From positions 1-55,093 of the forward strand of contig MHSS01000014.1 of NCBI GenBank assembly GCA_001822835.1: a DNA stretch of 55,093 nt, written 5' to 3'. Below, one piece after another: positions 25,353 to 35,005 of this stretch. The notes under the pieces are model-generated. The model was not told where the DNA came from, did no database searches, and saw nothing but the letters and a program-made list of their open reading frames with translations. Positions within the stretch are counted from its first letter, which is position 1, and each line of letters starts with the position of its first letter. Source of the DNA: Candidatus Terrybacteria bacterium RIFCSPHIGHO2_01_FULL_48_17 (GTDB lineage Bacteria; Patescibacteriota; Minisyncoccia; Terrybacterales; 2-01-FULL-58-14). The position numbers and the translations under genes are program-made.

Positions 25353-25922
25353 TTAACTTCGAAGTATCGCAAGGCCTCTGGACGTAACACGAATAACCGT
25401 TGATGGTTTACCGAAAAGCCGACCGCCATCGATAATCAAATCCGCATCGCAAAATATACGTGCGGCCACGCGGGCTGTAGACGCGGGAGTGTTTCCTGAA
25501 ATATTCGCGGATGTGCCCACGATTGGACCGTCAAATTTGTGAATAAGTTTTTGGAGCAAATGATGATCTGGAGCGCGCACCCCAATCGTATTGCGCCACA
25601 CGACAGCACGAGGCAAGGACCGGCGCGCCTCAACCAAAAAAGTCCATGGGCCGGGCCACAATATTTTTGGCAATGGCTCAACCCAATTGGGGAATTTTGC
25701 AAAGCGCTCGGCCATAGCAAAATCTGAAACAAGAACGGGAAAGGGCTTTCCGTAAGGACGTCTCTTTATTTTTAAAAGACGCCGTAACGCCTTTTTATTG
25801 GTGACATCACACCCCATGCCATAAACGGTATCGGTAGGATAAATAAGGATGCCGCCGTGCCGCAAAACTGAAAGCGCGCGCACGAGCCAGTTGTGCGACC
25901 GTAGCGATACAATGGGAATCAT
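25353..25922 (-). CDS. tsaC: L-threonylcarbamoyladenylate synthase (YrdC/Sua5 family)
   Basis: 189 aa with YPTDTVYGMGCD and GTSANISG. 4-nt overlap with yvcK. Confidence 0.88.
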   Translation of the reverse strand: MIPIVSLRSHNWLVRALSVLRHGGILIYPTDTVYGMGCDVTNKKALRRLLKIKRRPYGKPFPVLVSDFAMAERFAKFPNWVEPLPKILWPGPWTFLVEARRSLPRAVVWRNTIGVRAPDHHLLQKLIHKFDGPIVGTSANISGNTPASTARVAARIFCDADLIIDGGRLFGKPSTVIRVTSRGLAILRS

Positions 25923-26902
25923 GAAGAGATGGGCCGATGACGAGCTTTTAACGCCCGAAGCAGTGCCCGGGCAAGACGTTGAGAGTCGTGGCGAATAAAA
26001 CGCCTATCCGACCGTATAAACTTCCCCTCAATGACTGCAAAGCTTTTTCCCGGAAAGAAATCGGGTTTATGCGCCACCGGAGCAACGTGCCCTTTTTCAC
26101 GGTAAAGACGCAAGAGCCGTGCTGGAGGCGGGGCGGTATTTACCACAATAACATCAAGCGTTTCTCCGCCCAAATATTTTTCGATGATATCCACAAAATC
26201 TCTCGAAGTAAAATTATCGGTTTCGCCTCGCTTCGTCATAAGATTCACCACATATACTACCTTTCCACGCGTTTTTCGTAATGCCGTGGAAATGCCGTTG
26301 ACCAAAAGATTTGGAAGTACGGAGGTATAAAGATCGCCCGGTCCAATAACCACAAGATCGGCCCTTAAGATCGTGTCGATAGCCCGAGGATTTGCATTTG
26401 CCTTTCGCGTAAAAGCAAGACGGATGATACGGGCTATCCGTCTTCCCATGGGAACATCAATAGCATGCTCCCCCGTAACCACCCCTCCCCCCTTAAGCCA
26501 CGCGCGTAAACGCACATGCTCCAAAGTTACCGGAATCACCTCGCCTTTTGCGCCCAAGATCTTCCCCGCCTCTGAAATTGCGTTTTCAAAAGAACCAGTC
26601 ATCCGCTCAAGCGCCGTGATGAGAAGATTGCCCACGGAATGCCCTTCAAGGCCCTTTCCCTCCTCAAACCGGTATGAAAAAAGGTCGCTCAGTGTTTTTT
26701 CTGCGGGAGAAAGAGCTATCAACGCACGCCGAACGTCTCCCGGAGGCAAAATGCCAAAATCGGCTCGAAGCGCTCCGGTAGAGCCGCCCTCATCTGCCAT
26801 CGTCACAATTGCAGAAAGTTTATGGGAGGTGCGCTTTAAACCAACAAGCACCGTGAATACTCCGGTGCCACCGCCAATGACGACAATACGTTTTGGCCTC
26901 AT
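25919..26902 (-). CDS. yvcK: YvcK/CofD-family (UPF0052) protein
   Basis: 327 aa with VVIGGGTG and GPGDLYTSVLPNLLV. Confidence 0.9.
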   Translation of the reverse strand: MRPKRIVVIGGGTGVFTVLVGLKRTSHKLSAIVTMADEGGSTGALRADFGILPPGDVRRALIALSPAEKTLSDLFSYRFEEGKGLEGHSVGNLLITALERMTGSFENAISEAGKILGAKGEVIPVTLEHVRLRAWLKGGGVVTGEHAIDVPMGRRIARIIRLAFTRKANANPRAIDTILRADLVVIGPGDLYTSVLPNLLVNGISTALRKTRGKVVYVVNLMTKRGETDNFTSRDFVDIIEKYLGGETLDVIVVNTAPPPARLLRLYREKGHVAPVAHKPDFFPGKSFAVIEGKFIRSDRRFIRHDSQRLARALLRALKARHRPISS

Positions 26903-26994
26903 ACCAATAGTTTAACACAGCCACCCCATCCTTGCTGCTTCTGGCAAAACGTGCTTGAAAGGAGATAAGCTATTTCACAAAAGGAAAGAATTTT

Positions 26995-27666
26995 ATGAAG
27001 CAGAACCTTAGCAACCCAGAAACGCGTAGACGCATCGCAAGACAATTTGCCATGCATGGCGTAACGATCATCGACCACATCGCGTCGTATATTGAAGAGC
27101 AGGTAGTAATCGGGGGTGGTACAGTCATTGAGCCCGGAGCGAAACTTCTTGGTGCCACAATCCTTGGTGAGGACTGCGCCATACAGGGAGACGTGCGGCT
27201 CGTGAATGTGCGCGCAGGAAAACGATGCCGCTTTACCGGCCCGCTCGTTATTGAGGATACAAAACTGGGGGATGATTGTGAAATGGGGCCGTTTGTGCAA
27301 ATAAAGCGGAGTTTGGTCGGCAATAAGTTTACGGCAAAACACATGTGTTATTTAGGAGATCTTTCTGCGGGGGATAACGTAAATATCGGCGCTGGTACCA
27401 TTACCGCAAATTGGAATGGAGAAATGAAATCGCGCACCACCATCGGTAATAATTGTTTTATCGGTGTCGGCACTATTTTTGTGGCTCCGGTAACACTGGA
27501 AGACGAAAGCGGAACGGCTGCGGGAAGCGTTGTTACGAAAGATATTCCGCAGCAAACGCTTGCAATTCGTCGGGTTTGGCAACAAACGCACAAAGCCGGA
27601 GGGGTGAAAAAAACAAAATCTGGATGGAAAATTGGTAAACAGGCACAACAAAAAAATAGCTCCTAA
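26995..27666 (+). CDS. Stand-alone left-handed beta-helix acetyltransferase equivalent to the GlmU C-terminal domain
   Basis: 223 aa of hexapeptide repeats. YLGDLSAGDNVNIGAGTITANWNG..K..TIGNNCFIGVGT..VAPV matches the GlmU acetyltransferase half. There is no N-terminal uridyltransferase domain. Confidence 0.8.
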   Translation: MKQNLSNPETRRRIARQFAMHGVTIIDHIASYIEEQVVIGGGTVIEPGAKLLGATILGEDCAIQGDVRLVNVRAGKRCRFTGPLVIEDTKLGDDCEMGPFVQIKRSLVGNKFTAKHMCYLGDLSAGDNVNIGAGTITANWNGEMKSRTTIGNNCFIGVGTIFVAPVTLEDESGTAAGSVVTKDIPQQTLAIRRVWQQTHKAGGVKKTKSGWKIGKQAQQKNSS

Positions 27667-27684
27667 CGGAGCTATTTTTATTTT
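27655..27684. terminator. Bidirectional terminator (acetyltransferase / gpmI)
   Basis: AATAGCTCC-TAAC-GGAGCTATT with an A-run before and TTTATTTT after. The TAA stop codon lies in the loop. Confidence 0.8.
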
Positions 27685-27696
27685 CCCTTCTTAGCG

Positions 27697-29247
27697 CTAG
27701 CGCAATAAACTTCTTCCGGTCATGGAAACCGGCACCTGCAATTTTAGAATTCCCAAAATAGTGGGGGCAATATCAGCTAAAGTGCCGATGGGATCCTGCG
27801 TCAATTTTGAAATGCCCCGGAAGCGGTCGGGAAGGGAAAATCCCGTGATATAAAGCGGGACGGGATTAGTTGTATGCTCCGTGAGAGGACGGCCCGTATG
27901 AGGATCAATCTTTGCCTCAACATTCCCATGGTCTCCCGTAACGATGAGGGTCATTTCGCCAGCTTGAGCGCGCGGAAGCAGCTGACCAATCACGTTATCC
28001 AAAACCTCAACCGCTTCCACGCAAGCCGTAAAATTGCCCGTATGTCCCACCATATCGGCATTTGCAAAATTCGCGACGATAAAATCAAAACGCTTTTCCG
28101 CAAGCGCAACGATTATCTCATCCGCCACCTCACGCGCACGCATTTGTGGCTGCGCATCCACATGCGCAACCTCAAGCGATGGGATGATTCGTCGTTCCTC
28201 CCCGGGAAACGCAACCTCTTTGCCGCCGTTAAAAAAGTACGTTACGTGTGCGTATTTTTCGGTTTCGGCAATGCGCAATTGCTGAAGGCCCGCCCCCGAT
28301 ACAACTTCACCGAGCGTATCAATAACATCCTGCGGAGGGAACAAAATATGAGGCGTAAGCCCCTCTTCGTATTGCGTGATGGTTGCAAAAAAGACACGCG
28401 GATATGTCCCGCGATCAAAAGAATCAAACTTTTCATGGGCAAATGTCCGCGCCAGTTGCCGCTCCGAGTCCTCGCGGAAATCAAACAAGAGTACCGCATC
28501 TTTATCTTGTATCGTAATTGCCTGCCCCTCTTCATCCACCACGGATGCGGGAGGAATAAATTCGTCAGAAAGGCCCTTGGCGTATTGACGAGAAAGGTAC
28601 TCATCAATCTCGCTTTGCCGAATCCGCTCCCCTTCCCCATGAACGAACAGATTCCATGCGGCTTTCGTTCTTTCCCAATTCCCATCCCGATCCATGGCGT
28701 AATACCTTCCTACAAAAGAAGCGAGACGCCCCACTCCCAAATCGTGCATGCGCGCAATGACGCGCGGAAGAAAATCTTTTCCTTCATGAGGCGTAGCATC
28801 CCGACCGTCGGTAAACGCATGAAGCGCGACAACGATCCCGCGCTGCCTTGCCCATTCAAACAAAGCCCACAGATGATCAATATAGGCATGCACCCCACCA
28901 GACGAAGTCAGTCCCAAAAGATGAAGCTTGCCACCGGAGTTGCGAAGGTGCGAGGCGATTTCTTTGAGGACTGGATTTTTAAAAAACGAACCGTCGCGAA
29001 TGGCAAGCACAATTCGTGGCAAGTGATGGTAAATTACTCTTCCTGATCCCGCCGTAAGATGCCCTACCTCGGAATTTCCCGGCTCCCCCCACGGAAGCCC
29101 AACGGCGAGACCCGAGGCCTGCAGCGTTGCGGTGAAACCCTCGCGTGTAAGCGCGTCGAAGCTGGGCGTGCGCGCACGCCATATCGCGTTTCCAAACGAC
29201 GGTGGAGCTACGCCAAAACCATCTAGAATAGCAAGGACGAGAGGCAT
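27697..29247 (-). CDS. gpmI: 2,3-bisphosphoglycerate-independent phosphoglycerate mutase
   Basis: 516 aa with ILDGFG, GNSEVGH, NADMVGHTG and TGDHGN. Confidence 0.96.
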   Translation of the reverse strand: MPLVLAILDGFGVAPPSFGNAIWRARTPSFDALTREGFTATLQASGLAVGLPWGEPGNSEVGHLTAGSGRVIYHHLPRIVLAIRDGSFFKNPVLKEIASHLRNSGGKLHLLGLTSSGGVHAYIDHLWALFEWARQRGIVVALHAFTDGRDATPHEGKDFLPRVIARMHDLGVGRLASFVGRYYAMDRDGNWERTKAAWNLFVHGEGERIRQSEIDEYLSRQYAKGLSDEFIPPASVVDEEGQAITIQDKDAVLLFDFREDSERQLARTFAHEKFDSFDRGTYPRVFFATITQYEEGLTPHILFPPQDVIDTLGEVVSGAGLQQLRIAETEKYAHVTYFFNGGKEVAFPGEERRIIPSLEVAHVDAQPQMRAREVADEIIVALAEKRFDFIVANFANADMVGHTGNFTACVEAVEVLDNVIGQLLPRAQAGEMTLIVTGDHGNVEAKIDPHTGRPLTEHTTNPVPLYITGFSLPDRFRGISKLTQDPIGTLADIAPTILGILKLQVPVSMTGRSLLR

Positions 29248-29290
29248 AGAGGATCACATTTTAGGGAAACCCATATCTATTGTAACAGAT

Positions 29291-29313
29291 AAAGCAAAGC
29301 CCCGGTGAGGGGC
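29291..29313 (-). terminator. Terminator after the PKD-protein gene
   Basis: Stem GCCCC/GGGGC (29299-29303/29309-29313). On the minus strand it is followed by TTTGCTTTATC. Confidence 0.7.
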
Positions 29314-29350
29314 CCTTCTTCGCATATGATAAAAGGAAGGCCGGCTGGAG

Positions 29351-31822
29351 CTAATATGCCGATACGTCGGGAATGAATTTGCCTAACACGAAAGAGAAAA
29401 ATCTACGTAATGGCGCTGTTTGCCAAAAAGCGTTTGCAGCGGTAACCGTAACGTTACATGTCGCTGATTTTACCTGATCACCAGAAATAACACGGATCGT
29501 TCCGGTCTTTGGACCCGGACTGCTATACACTCGCAGCACGATAGAAGTTCCCAAATAGGTAACATCGGTTTTCCCATCGTCATTATCATCAAATTGCCAC
29601 GTATACGTATACTTCCCGCTCCCCCCAAAAACCGTTGCGGTCCAGCGCACGATATCTCCAGTGGTGGGGTTTGTTGGCTCAACGCTACACGATACCTGAA
29701 GGGCGGACGTCACATTTACTTTTACCGTATCTGTACCCACGTCTCCCTCGTTATCGGTAACCGAGAGAGTAACCGTATATTCGCCAATGCTTGAAAAGGT
29801 ATGCGAGGGCTCGGGTCCTGTGGTTGATGTGCCGTCGCCAAAAAACCATTCGTATTTTGCGAGTGCGCCGCCATCAGGATCATAAGACCCCCGACCGTCA
29901 CCATTACCATCCTTTAACGCAGAAAAGAATGCGGTTTGTCCTGGACCGATTTCGACGACTTCGCCGAAAGTCCCTGTCGCAGAAGTTGAAACAGTGGCAT
30001 CGGCAATTGGCAGCGAACGCACCTCAACTTGGCAGTTTGCTGTTTTGGTTTCCGCACCGGCGGTTACCGTAAGCGTTGCGGTCTTGGTTCCGGCCGTAGC
30101 GTAGGATTTGGAAACACTTGACGAGGTTCCGGAAAGGCCATCGGTACCGGACCACGAATAAGAGTAATCGCCGACACCACCGGAAACTATAGCGTTCCAA
30201 ATAACGTTCTGGTTAAGTTGCGCGATGGGAGGTATTCCCTGACAACCGACTTGCAACGGAGGGCTTACGACCGTTTGTACAAAATCCTCTGCAGTATCCC
30301 CTTCGTCATCCGTCACGCGCAAACGGATAATGATTGTACAGGAATCTGCACCACCACAATCCGCCCTCTGATACACATGCGTTGGGTTTGCATCAGTACT
30401 ATCAAAAGCGCCGTCATCCGTGAAGTCCCACTGGTAGGTAATGGTGCCCCCATCGGGGTCATTAGAACCGGCAGAGGAAAAGTACACCGGTTGCCCGTAT
30501 ACAATTTTAATGGTTTTAGCAAACGGGCCGCTTATGCCAGCTGTTGATGCTGTAGCCACCGCAATTGGTGGGGCAGAACGCCGCAAGCCGAACCACTGAT
30601 CTTTTATCTGGCCGACGCCCAAGTCTACAGAAACGTTGTTTGGGCTTGTAACGATCCAATTTATAGGGGGAAGAGCAGTAAGCACATATGACCCTGCGGC
30701 AATCGAACCCGTAGAATAGTAAGGACCCCCTTGATTGCACCTATCAGGGAGACGCGTACCGGATTCAGGACCAGAATAACTTACGCCCGCACCCGACACC
30801 GTGGTACCAAGAGAACACTTGCCATCCTCTGATTTAATTAAAGCCTCCCCTGCTTCATAATTCCCGTTCGCATTCGCGTCTATAAACAATCGGCCCTGAA
30901 TGATTCCGGTATTGCAAGCCGTGCTTGCAACGCACCTGCTTTCTGGGGCACAATTATACGTACAATTTCTGGTCTGCCGCATCTGATTTGTTGCACATCC
31001 GCCAAGACCACATCCCTGATTCGCCCACGCGCCACACGTGTCTGCCTTGCACGTATCGGCGTCGTTGTAGCAGGCACCTGAACGGCAACCCGTATTCCTG
31101 AAACACACATTGGTTCCAGAGCAATAGGTGGTATTCGCCGTACATGCCGGCAAGCTTCCACACCTATTACCCCACGCATCTTTGCGGATGGGCTGAAGAC
31201 CGCTGCAAACCCAGGTACTACTTTCACAGCTGGCCCGCGCAAGATAGATATCGTAATTTGCCGTATTGCTGTTGCCCTCGGGATACAGGGTGGATTTGGA
31301 ATTTGGGCCGTGGTTTACCAACCAAACAGGAGTCGCAGCATAATTTACAGCATCGGCGCTTAGCCGAAACGGCATGTTGCATCCGCCTACACATAACGAT
31401 CCGTTTTGATTGGCTGTTCCCCCAGCGCATTTTGCAGAAAACCAGGAAAATGTCGGATGTGTACTATCCGGCCCTTCACAGTAATACGCTCCCCCCGATG
31501 CAGCGCTGCCACAGCCGGTCGTGTAATTAAATGAGTTTGACCGGAAATCGGCTTTGCATTGAGCAGTAAAGGTCCCGGTAATTGCTTTCATGTTTACGTA
31601 ATCGATAAGCCGTGCTTTTACCGCTACCCATTCGGAGGCCGGTGCGCTACACGAAACAGCTTGCCCAGCAGTAACGCCTCTGTATATATACGTCGGGGAA
31701 TTGATGAACTGGGCATCGACATTAAAATGAGGAACCAAAAAGAGGAGAAGCGCCAAAGCACCCACCGCATACCAAGCAAATGGATTTAGCAACAAACGGC
31801 TGATACTTATAGGACGTGCCAT
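29351..31822 (-). CDS. Large secreted Cys-rich protein with PKD repeats
   Basis: 823 aa. N-terminal signal/anchor, then a ~260-aa region with very many Cys. SdrD-B/CarboxypepD-like segment (GRLFIDANANGNYEAGE). Two PKD units (YQWDFTDDG, YEWFFGDGT), each followed by an Ig-like unit (YSYSWSGTDG, YTYTWQFDD). Confidence 0.85.
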   Translation of the reverse strand: MARPISISRLLLNPFAWYAVGALALLLFLVPHFNVDAQFINSPTYIYRGVTAGQAVSCSAPASEWVAVKARLIDYVNMKAITGTFTAQCKADFRSNSFNYTTGCGSAASGGAYYCEGPDSTHPTFSWFSAKCAGGTANQNGSLCVGGCNMPFRLSADAVNYAATPVWLVNHGPNSKSTLYPEGNSNTANYDIYLARASCESSTWVCSGLQPIRKDAWGNRCGSLPACTANTTYCSGTNVCFRNTGCRSGACYNDADTCKADTCGAWANQGCGLGGCATNQMRQTRNCTYNCAPESRCVASTACNTGIIQGRLFIDANANGNYEAGEALIKSEDGKCSLGTTVSGAGVSYSGPESGTRLPDRCNQGGPYYSTGSIAAGSYVLTALPPINWIVTSPNNVSVDLGVGQIKDQWFGLRRSAPPIAVATASTAGISGPFAKTIKIVYGQPVYFSSAGSNDPDGGTITYQWDFTDDGAFDSTDANPTHVYQRADCGGADSCTIIIRLRVTDDEGDTAEDFVQTVVSPPLQVGCQGIPPIAQLNQNVIWNAIVSGGVGDYSYSWSGTDGLSGTSSSVSKSYATAGTKTATLTVTAGAETKTANCQVEVRSLPIADATVSTSATGTFGEVVEIGPGQTAFFSALKDGNGDGRGSYDPDGGALAKYEWFFGDGTSTTGPEPSHTFSSIGEYTVTLSVTDNEGDVGTDTVKVNVTSALQVSCSVEPTNPTTGDIVRWTATVFGGSGKYTYTWQFDDNDDGKTDVTYLGTSIVLRVYSSPGPKTGTIRVISGDQVKSATCNVTVTAANAFWQTAPLRRFFSFVLGKFIPDVSAY

Positions 31823-31825
31823 ATA

Positions 31826-32809
31826 CTATAAAAATGTCTTTACGTCCGCCTGTACGCGCAAAGCGGCATACCATTCTTCGAAACTTTGCGTTCCCAAGGG
31901 TGCCTGCTGAATTTCACCTATCTTTATAATGAAGTATCCAGCAAATCCCTCATATAATTTCGCCTCTCCGGACCCAAGTTCACGCAACGCATCAAAAAAG
32001 CCAACATCCACCGGAAATGGGAATGATTCGACGTCAAGGACAGATGCGTCATCGGTCGGAAGAACTACTTCGCCAAGATCCCCCCCGTTTTTGGCGCTTA
32101 CCTCGTGTTCCGAAACCTCGCGCGCAATCGCCGCAAAATCCTCGCCTGCCTGAACGCGCGCAAATGCCCGCTCGGCCTTTTCTTTCTTTTCACGATTCAA
32201 TCCCTCAAGTTGTGCGCGCTGCTCGGGGGTCATGGACTCATACGCAATAACCTGCGGCTGATTCTTTTCTACCCAGATTCCAAATACATGTTGTGCGTTT
32301 CTTAAGGCCGCTATTTTCTCGCGCAAAAGATCTATACGCACCGTCCGTATAACCTCATCAAGCGTCGTACGATAAATCTCTTGCAGTTCCTGTTCATAAA
32401 GCTGCCAATCGCCATCAAATTGCGTATCCACCGTAATTTCTTTGATGCGCTGCCTTGCCTCGTCATCAGTGACGCTCAGGCCCTGCTGCGAAAGAAATTG
32501 GGTCAATAGTTTTTCCTGGATCATTTCTTCGAGAGTTCTGTCGCGAATAGTTGCCTGTTCTGCTTCGGGCAAGGGGGAAATCACCGTATAAAAATACTCA
32601 TCTGCTGCTGCGCGCGCTTCAAATTCGTCTCGCCCAATCTCCTCGCCGTTCACTAAGGCAACGATATCGGCTCGCTCTTCTTCTGACGGCTGTGCCGGGG
32701 ATTTGGAAACCAATTTTGGATAAAGAAAAATCGCAAGAGCAACAAAAACAGCCCCTGCGACAATTACAAGCGCCAAAATCTTATTCCATCCACGGGAAGA
32801 AAGTTGCAT
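31826..32809 (-). CDS. Membrane-anchored parvulin-type peptidyl-prolyl isomerase (PrsA/SurA-like)
   Basis: 327 aa with an N-terminal TM and PpiC block FAAIAREVSEHEVSAKNGGDLGEV...GYFIIKIGE. Located 3 nt upstream of the PKD gene. Confidence 0.8.
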   Translation of the reverse strand: MQLSSRGWNKILALVIVAGAVFVALAIFLYPKLVSKSPAQPSEEERADIVALVNGEEIGRDEFEARAAADEYFYTVISPLPEAEQATIRDRTLEEMIQEKLLTQFLSQQGLSVTDDEARQRIKEITVDTQFDGDWQLYEQELQEIYRTTLDEVIRTVRIDLLREKIAALRNAQHVFGIWVEKNQPQVIAYESMTPEQRAQLEGLNREKKEKAERAFARVQAGEDFAAIAREVSEHEVSAKNGGDLGEVVLPTDDASVLDVESFPFPVDVGFFDALRELGSGEAKLYEGFAGYFIIKIGEIQQAPLGTQSFEEWYAALRVQADVKTFL

Positions 32810-32833
32810 ATGAACGTATTTTCCCTCTCTTTT

Positions 32834-32861
32834 ATTATACCAAAAACAAGACAGGTGCCAA
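32834..32861 (-). promoter_or_regulatory. Extended -10 promoter for the parvulin-PKD operon
   Basis: On the minus strand: TTGGCA (32856-32861), 16-nt spacer, TGGTATAAT (-10 at 32834-32839). AGAGAGGGA lies before the ATG. Confidence 0.6.
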
Positions 32862-32903
32862 GCTTATCAGCAGGCCGCCCCACAGGGCCGGCCGTGTATT
32901 TCC

Positions 32904-33524
32904 TTATTTCTTGTTTCCCCCGGATTTACCTACAACGATCTTATCAATCAGGCCGTATCCTTTTGCCTCTTCGGTTGTCATCCAAAAATCGCGATCGGTG
33001 TCTTTTTCTACCTTTTCTAGTTTCTGACCGGTATGCTTGGCGAGAATGTCGTTCAGTTTGTTTTTGAGGGAAATAATATGACGAGCCGTAATTTCAATCT
33101 CCACTGCTTGGCCCTCTGCTCCGCCCATCACCTGATGGAGTAAAATTTCGGAATTAGGAAGCGCGAATCGTTTACCCTTGGTACCCGCGGCAAGAAGCGT
33201 AGCGGCCATAGATGCAGCCATTCCCACGCAAATGGTTGAGACGTCCGGCTTTACATATTGCATCGTATCGTAAATCGCAAGGCCCGCCGAAACCGATCCG
33301 CCGGGACTGTTAATATAAATCTTTATATCTTTTTCGGGGTCTTGCTGCTCTAAAAACAAAAGTTGTGCAATTACCGCATTAGCAACGGCATCAGAAATGG
33401 GACCCGCCAAAAAAATGATACGATCTTTCAAAAGTCGCGAATAAATGTCGTATGCGCGTTCCCCAAATGCGGTTTTTTCAACCACCATGGGAACAAGATA
33501 TTGGGAGGCAAGTTCTTCTTCCAT
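32904..33524 (-). CDS. clpP: ATP-dependent Clp protease proteolytic subunit
   Basis: Triad contexts GMAASMAA (Ser), LHQVMGG (His) and DTDRDFWM (Asp). Trimmed to Met24 (ATG 33522-33524). Confidence 0.95.
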   Translation of the reverse strand: MEEELASQYLVPMVVEKTAFGERAYDIYSRLLKDRIIFLAGPISDAVANAVIAQLLFLEQQDPEKDIKIYINSPGGSVSAGLAIYDTMQYVKPDVSTICVGMAASMAATLLAAGTKGKRFALPNSEILLHQVMGGAEGQAVEIEITARHIISLKNKLNDILAKHTGQKLEKVEKDTDRDFWMTTEEAKGYGLIDKIVVGKSGGNKK

Positions 33525-33536
33525 AAAGTAAAAGTT

Positions 33537-33663
33537 GCAAGACACAAGGAACAATGACCAAACAATATTCAAAATATAATAACCAATAATCAAACGCGGC
33601 TGTAATTGGAATTTGGTTATTGAAAGTTGTTTGTATCTTGCGTCTTGTGTCTTGTGTCTTGTG
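33537..33663 (-). repeat. Long interrupted hairpin spanning the tig 3' end, the spacer and the clpP leader
   Basis: Outer stem CAAGACACAAG (33538-33548) / CTTGTGTCTTG (33644-33654). Middle stem CAAACAATATTCAA / TTGAAAGTTGTTTG. Inner stem TAACCAA / TTGGTTA. The right arm is a CTTG(T/C)GT x4 tandem inside tig. Confidence 0.7.
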
Positions 33664-34930
33664 TTACGACGTCGTAAATCAATTGTAAGACCTTTTCGTT
33701 TCGAACCCTAGCTTCAGCATACGCGCGAAGCTCGCTTGGGTCAACTTTGCCTTCAAGCGTAGGGGCGTTGGCACCCTTCAACAATTTCGCGGCCTCCCCC
33801 TCGATCTCGCCGTCTGAGGCCCTGATTGCTTCCGCGTGGGCGATCGCGCGCATCACCAAAGCGGCCTTTGCGCGCTCAAGGGCAGGCACACGAAGCTCTT
33901 TCTTTAATTCCTCCGGGCTTTTCCCTATACGCAATAAATAATCGGAAACAGGCATTCCTCCCGCCAAAATAGAATTTGAAAAATCCTGCCACAAATTCTC
34001 AACTTCTTGCGCGACGAGCGCCTCTGGAATTGGCTCCTTCACCTTTCTTGATAATTCCTTGAGGGCATCTGCTTTAACGCGCCGCTTTTCTTTGTCTTGA
34101 TGTTCGCGTTCTAGTCCCTCGCGCACGTTTTGTCGCAGGGTCTCAAGATCTTCAAGCTTCCCAAGGGAACGAGCGAAGTCATCATTTAACTCCGGAAGCA
34201 ATCGCTCATGAAGCGTAAGTAATTTTACTGTAAACGTTACTGCCTTCCCAGCAAGCAGAGGATGCGGCCATTCTTGCGGAACGGCAATACCAAAGGTACG
34301 CTCATCGTTTCCGCGCATCCCTACCACTTTATCCTCAAATCCCGGAACAAAACTTCCCTCGCCTAAAATAAGCGGATATCGCTCCGAATTTGCCTCAGAA
34401 AGTTCCTTGCCGTCAACCGTAACACGAAATGCCAATTCAACAAAGTCGCCCATTTGCGCAGGACGCGTAACAGCACGATATTGCGCCCGAGATTTACGGA
34501 GCCATTGAAGAGAACCGTCGATTTCTTTAGCGTCCACAACGACGGCCTTTTGCTCAATCCGTAACTTTTTCCAATCTTTTAAATCAATTTCCGGCAAAAG
34601 ATCCGCTTCAATGCGCGCCTCCAGGGGGCTGGCGGCAGCCGCCTTAATGATTGAAATACGGGGAGGGCCAACCATTGTATCGATGTGGGGCGCAAGGACT
34701 TTTGCAGCAGCATGGCCCGCAGCAATTTCTACGGTCTTTGAAAAGAGCGCCTCAGGCCGTATGTGCTGCCGCGCTATGTGCGGGGGCACATTGCCCTTTC
34801 GGAAACCCGGCACATCAAGCTTTTGCGCAAGCATGCCAAGCGCTTCTGATTCGTGCACACCCATCTCGTTTTGCTCGAGCGTTATGAGAAATACGAGGGT
34901 ATTTTTTGAATGGTTTTCTCGAATATCCAT
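33617..34930 (-). CDS. tig: Trigger factor
   Basis: 437 aa with ribosome-binding PGFRKGNVP and FKBP-like block [12 protein letters not shown]. The C-terminal tail [15 protein letters not shown] is encoded by a tandem repeat. Confidence 0.93.
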   Translation of the reverse strand: MDIRENHSKNTLVFLITLEQNEMGVHESEALGMLAQKLDVPGFRKGNVPPHIARQHIRPEALFSKTVEIAAGHAAAKVLAPHIDTMVGPPRISIIKAAAASPLEARIEADLLPEIDLKDWKKLRIEQKAVVVDAKEIDGSLQWLRKSRAQYRAVTRPAQMGDFVELAFRVTVDGKELSEANSERYPLILGEGSFVPGFEDKVVGMRGNDERTFGIAVPQEWPHPLLAGKAVTFTVKLLTLHERLLPELNDDFARSLGKLEDLETLRQNVREGLEREHQDKEKRRVKADALKELSRKVKEPIPEALVAQEVENLWQDFSNSILAGGMPVSDYLLRIGKSPEELKKELRVPALERAKAALVMRAIAHAEAIRASDGEIEGEAAKLLKGANAPTLEGKVDPSELRAYAEARVRNEKVLQLIYDVVTQDTRHKTQDTNNFQ

Positions 34931-35005
34931 ATGACCTTGAAATTTCTTGAGTTTTGTTTCATAATCATATCATCCGATCCTTAAAACTGTAAAGGGGTGT
35001 CTATA

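Noticed and set aside
33630-33666. Short tandem repeats as possible CRISPR arrays: CTTG(T/C)GT x4 at the tig end, the 11-nt units at 6739-6771, and the 10-11-nt units at 40195-40272.
   Set aside because: The units are 7-11 nt and contiguous, without spacers. They are far below CRISPR repeat and spacer sizes, and there are no cas genes.
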